Part shown: positions 29,268 to 42,105 of the stretch, piece after piece
Layout of the letters: each line of letters starts with the position of its first letter
Numbering within the stretch: position 1 is the stretch's first letter
NCBI RefSeq assembly: GCF_009914755.1
Contig: NC_060932.1
Direction: 5' to 3' (one strand)
Origin: the human T2T-CHM13v2.0 reference genome, Homo sapiens
DNA: 64,000 nucleotides
Notes under the pieces: generated by a model
The model's input: only the letters and a program-made list of their open reading frames with translations
Told to the model about the DNA's origin: nothing
The model's database searches: none
Position numbers and translations under genes: made by a program

Positions 29268-29508
29268 TGGGGTCACCAGATAAATGCAGGACACCCAGTT
29301 ACATCTGAATTTCAGATAAACGACAGGCATTTTTAGTATAAATATACCCCAAATATTCACAGAACATTCTTACACTAAAAAAATTATTTGTTTCGGTAGA
29401 AGAGCACAGTAAATCTAACATAAAAAAGACAAAAAAATTATTTGCTCTTTTTCTGAAATTCACATTTACTGGAAATCTTATAGTTTTCTTTGCTAAATGT
29501 GGTACTCT
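29268..29508. mobile_element. MER53 palindromic hAT MITE carrying a 40-bp insertion
   Basis: gggtcaccagat...tgaatttcagataaac...ctgaaattca...tttgctaaatgtggtactct. Confidence 0.75.
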
Positions 29509-30810
29509 TGCCTCCAACAAATGTCACTTCTTCCCCCCTTATCATGTGTACGCATGAATTTGTAACTCTGACCATCTTCTGGTTCATTGTGAGGGTCTCA
29601 TTAATTCCCATGAACTCATTCAACCAACACGTGCTTGTTGGGCTGGTACAGAAGATGAACAAAGGCAGAGGACACAGATTCACCATGATTTCTGGCTTGA
29701 GCTTGTGTTATGAAACACCCTGGCAAGGGTCAAGGGCTGTTCCGTTGTGAGCTGTTGGTGTTATGGTGACCATTCAGGTTCAGGGCCTCCTTTTAGCCTG
29801 GAAACTCCAGGACAGCATTTGTTCTCTTTCAGGAGCTTAATGTAGAGCTTAATCCGTCACCTTCCCCTGGGTCTCTGGGAGGGCCAAGTGGTGCACACGG
29901 GATTAGCACCTCCATGCTTGCAAAGCTGCATCCCCAACCCGCACCCCTCTTGAGCTCTCCTCACACCTGACTATGAGTCAGCCCTTTATTCTGGCTCCCC
30001 TGAAGGCATGAGCCCTTCCTGTCTGCCTCTTGTGGAGATGGCTTTCTGGGGCCTTCAGAACTATAAAGGGAGAGGGCAGCTGGCAGCCCTGGCCCACACC
30101 TTCAGATGTGCCCTGGGTGCTGCCTCTGCTGTGTCTCCTGTGTCTCCTGAGCAGGGAGAGGGACTGCAGAAACCTGCACTGTCCACTCGCTACCTCCTGG
30201 ATCCTGCCGGTCTCATTCTGTGGCTGTGGTCCCCGCCGGCTGGGTAAAGTGATGGCCCACCTGCCCGAGTGGAGGACTGGGATGTCAGCAGATGGGTGCA
30301 AGTGAACGCTCTTTCTGCGTTTTTGAAGTGCTTGAGGTGGAGGGAAAGACACCTTACAAAGCTCTCAGTCACCTTTAGGAGGGGAGAAGTTCCCAATGTA
30401 CTTCAAGCTATTTACAAACTTGTATCAGGGTGACATGCAGGTGGATGGTTGAGCGGCTCTCCCAAGGGGAGAACAGAGGCCCCGGGGTATAGACCTGGAT
30501 CCAGCTCCGGTGCAGGCACTGGGACCTCAGATTAGCACTTCTTTATGCCCCAGTTTTCTGTCTGCAAATCTGTATAATAAAATGCCAAATTCATGGGGTT
30601 GCTGGAAGATATAATGAAAAGATGCAACAGAAGTGCCTGGTCTAGAACCAAATATTAATAAGAGAAGGCAAAGGCTGATCTGAAGTCAGGTTGAAATGGC
30701 TTCTCTTGAGCAAGCCAAAAAGATTTCCATGAAGCCATGCTTTGTGCAGATGTCCTGGGGGATGAGGGGTGGGCTCCAGTTCCTGCTTCCCTCCCCCTGG
30801 CCTCCAGGAA

Positions 30811-30824
30811 GTGTGTATGAGTGA

Positions 30825-30858
<34 letters not shown>
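30811..30858. repeat. (GAGT)n(GT)n microsatellite
   Basis: Read directly from the sequence. Confidence 0.95.
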
Positions 30859-30860
<2 letters not shown>

Positions 30861-31179
30861 TATGGAGAGGGTGATATTATCTCACAACAAAACCACCACC
30901 TGACTTTTAGAAGCTGAAAACCTGTCTCTGCAGAATTCCCACTAGCAGGCACACCCAAAAAACAATGCCAGAGGAATTTTGTCACACCCGGGAAGGGCTA
31001 GTGATTAATTTAATGATGCCTCTGTCCTCGGTGACAGATGGGTTTGCATCTGTGTGATGTAGAGTTTAAATGGTAAGTACTCCTCCTTGTTTCTATGCCC
31101 ACCAATATATAGCCACCAAGAAAAGTTACCCCAAAACGCTGCCATGCGGGCATTTTAGATGTGGAAAGAAGGGAAATGA

Positions 31180-31370
31180 CATTTCTTGGGTGCAACTAGG
31201 CCCCAAGTGCTCTGTAAACATCACTTTGTTCAAACTTCCTTAGAACCCTATATCATAGATAGGTTTTATCAGTTTATAGAAATGGGTGCCCAGAGGTTAA
31301 GCAACTCCCCCAGTGTCATGCAATTGTAAGTGAGGGAGCCAGGATTCACACCCAAGACTGACTCTGTGGC
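31180..31370 (-). mobile_element. MIR
   Basis: cagaggttaagcaact...gagccaggattcacacccaagactgactc. Confidence 0.7.
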
Positions 31371-31514
31371 AACAGAGGGCCTCAAGCCACTGCTCTGTCC
31401 CCCATGCCATGGCAGATGCTGTGCACTGACTGTGGCACTCTTTCTTGCTGCATCAGGAGGCAGCCTTAGTACTCTTGCAAATACAGCCAGCCACCACCAA
31501 CCTGCAGGGTGGGG

Positions 31515-31872
31515 GCTGTGATCTGAATGCTTGTTTCCCCCCAAAATTCATATGCTGAAATCCTAACTCCCAGGGTGATATTAGGAGGTGGGGGCTTTAG
31601 GAGGTGATTAGGTCATGGGAGTGGAGCCCTCCTGAATGGGATTAGTGCCCTTATCATAGGAGCCCCAGAGAGACCCCTAGTCCCTTCTACCATGTTGGGA
31701 CACAGCAAGAAGCACCATCTATGAACCAGAAAGTGGGCTCTCACCAGACACCAAATCTACCAGTGTTTGGTCTTGGATCTCCCAGCCTCCAGAACTGCGA
31801 GAAGTATTTTTTCTGCTGTCTTTAAGTCACCGTGTTACGGTATTTGGTTGCAGCAGCCTGCATGGACTAAGA
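31515..31872 (+). mobile_element. MLT1A/MSTD-like MaLR solo LTR
   Basis: ccccaaaattcatatgctgaaatcctaac...gggattagtgccctta...cagcctccagaactg...ggactaaga. Confidence 0.85.
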
Positions 31873-32884
31873 GTGGGCATGCAAACCAAGCCCGTGGGCC
31901 ATCCCAGCACCATTCATGCTGCCTTCCACCTGGCATTGTTGGGCTCTTTGTGTCAGCTCAGGTGGGTTTTAGGGCCCAGCTCCTCTGCAGAATGCTGATG
32001 CCTGGTTCAGGTAGGCAGGGCCAGGTATAGGCATGCAGGGAAGAGTCAGGGTTTCCTGCGAGGATTTATTGTTGATGTGGGAGTTTTTTCATTAGCGATC
32101 CATATATTTGAGTCAATCATTGCCCTCTCCTTTTTTAAGACATAAGTACCTCTGGGATAGGTAACACCTGTGCTTTACTGCAAATTTACCTTCTGGATTT
32201 TTTTTGTTGTTGTTGTTGAGAAGGATAAGCTAGACTTTTCCGGTTGTCTGGGGGTACCGGCTGAAACCCAAAGCTTAGAACAACAGGCAGTCTCCCTTGC
32301 CATGCTCCTCTCTTCCCGCAACACACACATTTTAAAGACAGGTGCTAGACCCTCCAGGCAGAACTTGCTAAGAAGTATTCCAACTGGTCCTGCAAGTCCT
32401 GGTCTTGGCACTTCATCTACCTCCAGCCTAGATCCAATCAAAGGCTAAAGATTGCTCAAAGCAGATTTCTTTAATGAGAAAGAATGTGCCGACTCCCTGT
32501 TGTGGCTCCCCACTGTGGCTCCCGAATCTGAGCATTAAACACTTGGGAGTGGCATGCACTTTCACAATTTGTTGGGGCCAGGGCTGGAATGTTTCTTTGG
32601 GGTCCGAGGTGACATGATCTCTTGGGTGGTATCCAGGCCCCAGGGACTTGAAAGCACTCCACTCAAGATTTCTGTCTGCCGAGGAGAGGAGACCCCAGCA
32701 GAAAGAGCCCCGGTGAGGGGTACCTACAAGCAGGAGCTGAGGAATTGTAGGAAGTCAGCTGGAGAGGGTATCGCCCATGCTGCTTACATCAGAGAATGGG
32801 GCACGCTGGGGATCCTCAGCAAGCAGGTCTCCAAAAATCCACAAAAATCCCCTCCTTGAGGGATAGGGAAAGAGCCTGCCCGGA

Positions 32885-33376
32885 CAGTTACTGAACAACA
32901 GCCCCCCAAAGATATTCAAATTTTCATCCCAGAACCTCCGAATATACTGTTTTACCTGGCCAGAGGGACTTTGCTGATGTGTTTAAGTTAAAGATCTGGA
33001 GGTGAGAAAATCCTGAATGATCTGGGTGGTCCCAGTGCAGTCACAGGGTTGCTATAAGAAAGAAGGGTTGTGATAAGAGAGTCACAGGTTGCTATAAGAT
33101 ATGAGGATGGAGGCAGAAGTCAGAGAGGAGAGAAGATGCTAAGCTGCTGGCTTAGAAGATAGAGAAGGGATTACAAGCCAAGGAACGCAGGTGCCTTCTA
33201 GAAGCTGAAAAAAGCAAGGCAAGGGATTCTCCCCCGGAGCCTCTGGAAGGAATGTGTAGCCCTGCTTACCTATTTCAGACTTCTGACCTCCAGAACTACA
33301 AGAAAACAAATGTGTGTTATTTTATGCATCTGAGTTTGAAACAATTCATTCCAGCAGCCATGGGAAATGAATCCAC
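32885..33376 (+). mobile_element. MLT1D-like MaLR solo LTR
   Basis: gggactttgctgatgtg...ctagaagctgaaaaaagcaagg...gacttctgacctccagaact. Confidence 0.85.
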
Positions 33377-33409
33377 CTGCCCTGCTCTGGAGGCAGCCAG
33401 CAGCTGAGG

Positions 33410-33550
33410 AGCGCTGCTAGAGAAAACACAGGATGCCCAAGTAGTGCATGGGACATTCTTATACTAAAAGAGTATTTGTTGTTTATCTGACATTCCAATT
33501 TAACTTGACATCCTTTAATTTTTTTTTTTTTTGGCAAAATCTGGTAACTC
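33410..33550. mobile_element. MER53, internally deleted
   Basis: acaggatgccca...gcatgggacattcttatactaaaa...gttgtttatctga...aaatctggtaac. Confidence 0.7.
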
Positions 33551-35639
33551 GAAGCCAGAAGAGAGAAGAAAACCAACCAACTTATTTAAAGAACACTTTT
33601 ATCCTTTGTTTTACATCTCTCCTCCCTGCCCTGAACCTGGAGAGCCTGAAGCAGGTGGTAAACATGTGAGGAGGAGTAGAAATGTGGGGAGAGACAAAGA
33701 AGAGACCGTGACCCTCCTAACGGCAGGTTTTTGCACTCCGGGTCAGGCGTGGAGGTAGAAAATAGGGGAAGATGAAGGAGAGGGAATAAAACTTGCATGG
33801 GCCAAGTGATTCAAGTTTTCATTTAGATTGGCCTGCAAATTTTAATATCTAAAAATAAACATCATTGGTTAATATCTGAAAATGACCAAAATGTTTTGGG
33901 ATCTTATCAAGATATCAAGCCAGCTGGGGAAGAGAAAACCGAGAGGGAAGGTCTGAAAGGCAGGGTGAGAGGAAAGATAAAGGCAATACCCAGTTATACA
34001 ACCAGGAGTCCAGAATGGTCAATAAGCCAGTTACCAGTTCTTACGCATCCGTGCTGTGTCCTCTGTTGAAGTGGATGCATCATTTCTGGGAAGAGTGACA
34101 CGCACATCTTACCATGCCATCATTTTACTGTATTACTTTTTTTCTGTGCCAGGGAGGATGGCTGGGCACCACAGTGAGGGTGGAGGGCACCTCAAGAATA
34201 AGGACCACGTATGAAGTTGATGACCTCTGGGGGCCTGGGCATCTCTTGAGACTGGACCTGAGCAGCTTGGTGAACCAATCCCAAATTCTACCATCAAAAA
34301 GAAAAATATGGGGTGCTCTCAAAGTTATGTGCCTGGAGCCCTCTGGACAGCTTCCGGGAAAACTTCCCAAAGCAAAGCTTTCACCAGAATTGCACATGAC
34401 CACGATCACACTGGCCACAGGGAACTGCTGAGAATGTCTCTCTCCACCTGGTTTTCTTGACCTCAGCAAATGTGAATGGCTTCTATCTGTCTGACTCACC
34501 CTAAGCCTGACCTATTTGTGAAATGCTTTCTCTACAAAAAAGCTGAAGATAATGCAGAGAATTATACATTTATAATCCCAGTAGAGACGGGGTTGCCTAA
34601 CCCTCTCATTTCAGCTGCTCCCTGCCTTGCCAGTGCTAGATGCAAGCTGACCAAATGTTGGTGAGTGTCTAATGGCCTAACTTATTTGCTCCAGTGGTAA
34701 TTACCAGGAAGGGAGGGGATGGAGGGAGGGAAGAGGGAGGCAAAGGGCCAGGCAGCCAATTAGGGGAGGGTGAGGGGATCCCAGAGATCTATGTCTAATT
34801 CTGCGTCTGCTTCTTGGTACACCCAGGAACTTCTACGGGATGAATGAACCACCTGTGAGGTATTAGCACAGCGGGGAGTTGGCTTGGTGTAGTGGGAAGA
34901 GCCAGGCCTTCTCACTCAGTCAGATCTGGGTTAGGATTTTTTTTTCTGCCATCTTCCTTGCTGTGTGCTGGTGGCTTTTCCACTCTATCTTCCTCATAGA
35001 GATCTGGCCTCAGGCTCTCAGACTTCATATAAGAATAAATAAAATACTACATGCAAAAGGAATAATATTATATACTGCCAAACACTCTACAAAATATACT
35101 GAAAGTGCTTGGAGAGCTTTAAATAGGGTTTCTGAAAATTTGCCTTTTGCATGGGTGGTAGGAAGAGAGGAAGTCGAGTTAATTCCAAATGGTGGCTGAT
35201 GCTGACTTGGTTTTGATGGACTGAACCAGCCAGATCCTCCAACCCGCCCGGACTCTGCTTCTACTTCGCTCCCTGTCAGGATTTGGGTGTGGGAGCCCAG
35301 TGGGCCCCATGCCAATCTGGGTCATAACTAGAACTGCCAGTACTAATCATGCAGAGCTGCTGGTCTAGTTCTCATTTCTGCCCCTGCACCCATAGAAGAG
35401 GCAGTGCTCTTGGTCTGGGTGGAAACGGAGGCAAAGTGGACAGCACCTTACCCGCTCTGCCACGGCCACCTGCTGGCTGCCTTGGCCAGCAGTCACTGAG
35501 CTTGGAACCTTGAGGGGGGATTGGAGGTGACCTTGGGGCCATCTCAAAGGATACACCTGTTTCTGCTGCCAAGAGCAGCTACCTACAAGGGCAGGTATGG
35601 GTTTTTTCTGTTGCTGAGACGGGTTGTATCCCTCTCCTA

Positions 35640-35940
35640 AAGCTCCCCTCGGTTCCGTCTATAAAAGATGTAATATGGTGGCCGAGTTAAGCGCTTGGAT
35701 TCTGCCACTGAACTTGTTTTCTTGGAGATCTGACTCGTTGCCATCAGCAACATGGGCGGGGTGGAGCTGGCTTTCTCTGCATCTGTTCTCCTCTACACCT
35801 GATGTTAACAGAATGCCTGGATTCCGGGGACTTCCAGGTCTAGCCGGGCCAGTTTAGACTGTGCCAGGGATCTGTAATTAGGCAAGCAGTTGGGTCAGAA
35901 AAATACACAGGCACTGGAGGACCTGACAAGGTGAGGAGGG
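35640..35940 (+). promoter_or_regulatory. Candidate promoter/enhancer
   Basis: CTATAAAAG at 35659-35667, X-box GTTGCC-ATC-AGCAAC at 35737-35751, GC box TGGGCGGGGT at 35753-35762, GGGGACTTCC at 35826-35835, donor AAG|GTGAGG at 35930/35931. Confidence 0.4.
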
Positions 35941-36257
35941 AGAGCGGGGAGGCCCTGCCTCAGCCAGGAGTCTTCAATGTAGATGCTGCGTGCTGGGCTC
36001 TGGTATGGCCAGCACTGGGCCTACAGATGAGCTGCATTGGGGAAGTAAAAAGTGAAGAGACCGGCCGCATTGAGAAGCAGGACCAGAGCAAAGTGCATTG
36101 ATTGACAAAGGCATCTCTCTGAAAACTTTAGAGAACAGTCTTTGAGAATGTTATGTCACTTTTGCTTATATCAACATGCAAAACTATAAAGCCATTTCAT
36201 CTTTGTCTTTTGCTATGGTCAATAGCTAAAAATACCCCCAGCACTGGACAGGATGAG

Positions 36258-36525
36258 TACAGCATAGTGGCTAATTAAATATGCAAGTTTTAGAGCCAGA
36301 CCACCTGGATTCGAAACCTAACTTTACTCCCTTCTCACTGGGTGACATGGAACAAGTCATATGGAACAACCGATTCGTGCCTCAGGTTTCTCTTATGGAA
36401 AATGGGGCTAATAATAGTATTCACATCGTAAGATTGTTGTAGTGAGAAGAAAATGTGAGTAATACATGTAAAGTGCTTAGAACAGGAATTGGCATGAATA
36501 AATGCTCAATAAGTTTTAGCTACTC
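36258..36525 (+). mobile_element. MIR, near full length
   Basis: agcatagtgg...agagccagac...aaaatgggg...tgtaaagtgcttagaacag...gctcaataag. Confidence 0.85.
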
Positions 36526-36589
36526 TTGTTTTATGTCATTGTTTCAAGAGTATAACTTTTCTCCTTTCCTTCTGGTATCATGGATCTGA

Positions 36590-36798
36590 TGAAAAATAGG
36601 TTGCAACCTGTATGTCAAGTTCAACCAATTGGTTGTAGCTACCTGGAGAGCTGTGTTGAGAAGGATTCTGAGGCTGCATCAACCTCATTTAAGGGGAAAT
36701 TATATAGTGTCCTATGAGTAGTACTATGAGTAGCATCTCTGCTACTGGATATGGTAGTGGGGAGTGGTGGCATTGGTGCCACATCATTTCCATTCCTG
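36590..36798. mobile_element. hAT-Charlie fragment (MER102-like)
   Basis: gctgtgttgagaaggattctgaggc...ggagtggtggca...catcatttcccattcctg. Confidence 0.5.
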
Positions 36799-36941
36799 TA
36801 TTATAACTTGTCTTGTTGTAAGGTTTGTTTTTCCCTGTGTCTGTCTCAGCCCTCCCCTCCCCATCTGCCTTTGCCTCTGTAGGGCATCCTGGTCCGTGGA
36901 TGGGCTTGGATGCCAAGAGCTGCTCTGTAAGAACCTTCTCA

Positions 36942-36980
<39 letters not shown>
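36942..36980. repeat. (GAT)13 microsatellite
   Basis: Perfect repeat; source of the poly-D/H/S ORFs. Confidence 0.95.
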
Positions 36981-36981
<1 letters not shown>

Positions 36982-37369
36982 CTGGAGAAAGCAAAGACCA
37001 CATGGCCTGATACTGAGGATGCTGCTAGGCCGTGAAGCATCCACAGGATCCTTTGTGTGCCAATCAAGGGCACCCTTAGAGAAATCAGGAAACTCTTCGC
37101 TGAGCAGGTTAATCTTCATGACGCCCATGGTTCTGGAATCGGAACACTAATGATTAGCACAGAAACTTCCCCACAGCCTCAGTAATCATTGACTTATTAA
37201 TCCATGCAGTTCAGGACCTTGTGCTGAGTTATCTCTATTTCCATTCATTGGTCAGTCTTTTCCGTCTGGACACAGGACCACTGTGGTCAGGTCATCCAGT
37301 GGCACCGCCATGGCCATCCGGGTTTGCTGAGTGCCATTCTGCTAACTTTTGTGAGCTGTGCTCTGTCTT

Positions 37370-37590
37370 GAGTCTGACACCTGATTTGAATATCTGGCTT
37401 TACCAATTACTATCCTTATCATTTGGGTAAGTTGTTTAAACTCTCAAAGCCTCACTTTCCTTGTCTATAAAATGGGAGGAATAACAGTTCCACCTCATCA
37501 GGTTGCCGTGAGGCCTAATGAAAGAATGCATTGTAAGTGCTTGGTATGTGCCTCGCCCATATTAAGCATGCCAAAAGCGACAGCTCTTGT
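37370..37590 (+). mobile_element. MIR
   Basis: gggtaagttgtttaaactctc...gtctataaaatggg...cctcatcaggttgccgtgagg. Confidence 0.75.
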
Positions 37591-37797
37591 TTTCCTAACT
37601 CAATCAGAAAGCTCGTTAAGTGATATGACATAAAAATAATGGTTCATATGTGTATGGCACTTTCACATTCATTGTGCTGGGCATAGAGCAAATGCTCAAT
37701 GAGGATTAGCTACGATTATTATCATTAAAAACAACATTGACAGTGACAGCTCTACTTAAGCTGCTAGGAAGGGTGAGATAATCACCCAAGTCCTAGA

Positions 37798-38575
<778 letters not shown>

Positions 38576-39170
38576 ACAGAGTGCAAGGCTGTCCCCAGGA
38601 TCACCTCACTTCTGATGCCAATTATCTGTTGAGGGGTGGTGGGAGTGGGAGGGGATCAGGTCTGGCCACCCTCAGATCTGATAAATCAGCAGGAGGACTT
38701 ACCAACTGAAAGCTGTTACACTTATAGTTTCAGTGGAAGGAATGGGCCAAAGGAAGAAATGCATGGAGCAGAAAGTCCCGAAAGGGAAGCTTCTAGTTGT
38801 CCTCTCCCAGTAGACTCATGGGCAGCGCCAACTTTTCCTGGCCAGGATATGTGACAGTACATGTGGAGTACTGCCACCCAAGGAGCCTCACCCGAGCCTT
38901 TGTGTACAGAGTTTTTACTGGGTCTCAGACAGGTAGACATGGTGGACTACTTGTGTGACTGACCTTTAATCTCCAGCCCTTCTGGAGGTCGAGCTGATAC
39001 TATGTGGCTCAAAGCCCCCAACATAAATCACGCTGTTAGGCTATTCAATGTGGTTCAAGACTGCCCAGGCAAACAGAGACACTCTTATCAGGCAGGACAT
39101 CCCCAGGGCTTAGAGGTACCTCCCAGGAACCTCTGGACATCTCTGGATAAGGCCAATTCTTTACTACACA
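38576..39170 (-). mobile_element. MER21-family LTR
   Basis: gacactcttatcaggcaggacat...ttctttactacaca, the reverse complement of a tgtgtagtaaagaatt start. Confidence 0.7.
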
Positions 39171-40269
39171 GTACCCTACTCTTGAAACTGCCACAGAGCT
39201 GCACACTTGGAGCAGCTGGAGGTAGGTGAGAGGGTGGAAGAATTAGCTAACACATAGTTGTAGCCACTGAAACACAATTTAGTGGAAGATTTCTTTTTGT
39301 ACCTGCAAAGACAGCATAGAGTTCATTGCTTTCAGAGGCAACTGAGTAGTTCCAGGTTAAAAATATCACTTGGCCTGGGTTTAGCACCTAACACTTTTCA
39401 GTGTATTTCCATCTGTTGTCTCATTTAATCCTCAAAAGAGGTGGAAAGAAGGGGTGTTGTTAAGCCTGGCCTGGAGGTTGGGGCTCACCAGGGTCATGGG
39501 ATGAGGGAGCAGGGGCAGCATGTGGAGGGTCCTGGCTACTTCCCTCACCCTGCCACACCCTGACTCCTCCTCCCAGGTTGTTCAGACAGAGCGAGTCCTG
39601 TGGTCAAGAAGATCAGCAGATATTTTGCAGAATCAGGTATCTGGTAATGCCAGGGTTGTGCAGGGAGCTTAAGCAGCTTTGGAGATGACCTGTTGTGGAG
39701 TACACCACACTGGGCGATTACATGAGGTCACTGCCCACCTGATGTGACCAACTTACTTGTGGGAAAGCAGGCTGTTTGCTGGAGTCTCTGAGGTCCAACA
39801 TGTTTTGATTCATCTGAAGCAAGCCTTCACCCAGGGTCATGACCTCACCCTGAAGTTTGGTGTAAATTCCATGCAATCTCTGTGTAAACATTGGAAAGCC
39901 ACTCTTTCAGGGCGCTTTCCTTTAGGGGCCTTCCCTGGGGGGTTAGGCCATTTCTGTGGGGCTGCAGCTGCAATGGCAATGGCTGTACCTGGTTCCTCTG
40001 CAGGAGGCTGAACCCCCTGAAGGGGAAGAAAGGCAGTGTGTCTGGGACTCTGCCCACTCCCTCTGACCTGTACTGTTCCCTCAGGCTTTCTGGGGTGCAG
40101 CTGGGATCTAGATAGCCTTGTGTTTTCTCTGAAGGTGACATCTGTCTTCACAAGTGCATTTGTATATAATTTGTACAGGAATTGGCACTATTTTATGGAG
40201 GTCTGTGTGGTTTTTTTAGCTGCCATTTTTGCTTCCTGCTTACCTGTGATGCTCGTCCATAATTATTGG

Positions 40270-40412
40270 AAGCACCACTCTTTCAGGCAGTTATCTGACT
40301 GGGCTGCAGCTCCATGGAGCAGGGCCTGCCCTGTCCTGTTCACAGCTGCATCTTGCCGCCTATGACAGTGCCTGGCATGTACGGCACTTGCTAGATGTTT
40401 GTTGAATGAATA
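40270..40412 (+). mobile_element. L2 3' end
   Basis: agctccatggagcagggcc...acagtgcctggcatg...tgttgaatgaataaat. Confidence 0.75.
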
Positions 40413-40442
40413 AATAGAAAAGAATCTTATGAGGCTACTCAC

Positions 40443-40852
40443 TGACTTAGTTTCCTGTGGCTCCTGTAACATATTACTGTAAACCTGGTGGCTTATAACA
40501 GCAGGCATTTCTTCTCTTACAGTTCCGAAGGCTGGAAGTCCACAATCAGTGTCACTGGCTGAAATCAAGGTGCTGGCAGGCTGCGCTCCCTCTGGAGGCT
40601 CTAGGGGAGAATCCATGTCTTCCAGCCTCTGACGGCTGCAGCGTTTCTTGGCTGTGGTCGCAGTCTCTGCCCCCGTGGTCACATCACCTTCTCCTCTCCT
40701 GTGTGTGCCTCCGCCTTATTAGGGCCACCTGGATAATCCAGGATCATCTCCTCATTTCAGAATCCTGGATCCGGTAGCAAAGTGCCCCTCCCTCTTTTCT
40801 GTATCGGTGGCAGCCACAGGGAGTGGGGATCAGGAGGTGGCTCTCTGCCACA
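40443..40852 (-). mobile_element. MLT1C-like solo LTR
   Basis: ggtggcttataacagcag...ggaggctctaggggagaatcc...cctggataatccaggatcatctc. Confidence 0.85.
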
Positions 40853-41606
40853 CTCACGAAGGGGATGGAAACCTGAAGGGAGCTGGTCACTCCCTCACTG
40901 AGGAGCCTGGTTGGGGAGAAGACACGTGGTCCTAAACACTTCTAATTCAGGGAGAGGTGTCGACGAGGACTCCAGTTCATAGGGAAAGCTGTCATGCCCA
41001 TGGGTGGGAGCCTCCATTACTATGGAAAGTCTAAGAACCACTTCCTTTTGCCCTTAGAGCCCATTCCTCAGCAGACCTCCACTCGCGTCGCCAAAGCAGA
41101 TCCCAGACTTGACTCTCATGTTGTAGTGGCACATGGAGGAGCAGGGAGCCCATCCTCACTAGGGCCCGGGTTCGAGGGCCCCCTGGGCATTCTGATGGGC
41201 GCCCCATCTCCTCCTGAACAGTGCTGATTAGTCACTCTCCCATGGGGAGGGCAGGGGTTAGTGGAAGAAGCAGAACAACTTGCTGGGAGATAAGGGAAGA
41301 TCATTTTAAAAGGTCAGATGCCACATAAGGAAAGGTCAGGTAAGAAGGAGCCTCAGGCTGGCAGCCTACAAAACGTGGGAAATTTTGCTTTTTAAACTCC
41401 CCGGGACCTGAAGCTGCTGCACCTGTCTTCTGTCTCCAAGCAGATCGTGAAAAAGAAAGATCAAAGAAAATGGAAAGGGGCTGGGTGTCTGCATATAGTA
41501 GGCTTGTCTATACACACGCCCACTCCACATCACCCTCTTAATGGAACTCCCCTGCCCGCAGTGGTTCCAAATACCTTTTTGGCTTATTGTTCTAGGGACC
41601 TGTATA

Positions 41607-42105
41607 CTGTAGGCCCCTCTTATCCATGCAGGATAGGTTCCAAGACCCCTAGCGGATGCCTGAAACTTCCAAGAGTACTGAACCCTATATATACTGTACC
41701 ATGTTTTTTCTTTTCTTTTCTTTTCTTTTTTTTAATAGAGATAGGGCCTCACTGTGTTGCCCAGGCTGGTCTCGAGATCCTCCCACCTTGGCCTTCCAAA
41801 GTGTTGGGATTACGGGCGTGAGCCACTGCACCCGGCCTACTATGTTTTTTTGATTTGACAGTGATGCTGGCTACTAAGTGCCTCACAGGCAGGTAGAATC
41901 TATGGTGTGGAGATGCTGGGCAAAGGGACCATTCACATCCTGGGCAAGACGCAGTGGGACAGCACGAGATTTCATCACAGTACTCAGAATGGTGCAAAAT
42001 TTAAAACTTATAAGTTATTTCTTTCTGGAATGTTCCATTTAATATTTTCAAACTACAGCTGACCACAGGTAACTGGAACCTCAAAAAGTGGATAAGAGGG
42101 GATAT
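41607..42105 (-). mobile_element. MER44A-like (Tigger7-derived) element interrupted by a FLAM
   Basis: TIR-like cccctcttatcc / ggataagagggg; gagatttcatcac..tactcagaatgg..aatttaaaactta. Confidence 0.8.
41705..41837 (-). mobile_element. FLAM-type Alu monomer
   Basis: Left monomer; TSD tac(c/t)atgttttt. Confidence 0.85.

Noticed and set aside
36689-37128. Poly-Ser, poly-His and poly-Asp ORFs
   Set aside because: Products of the (GAT)13 microsatellite
40729-40743. Palindrome cctggataatccagg
   Set aside because: As I recall it, this is part of the MLT1C consensus rather than a local event
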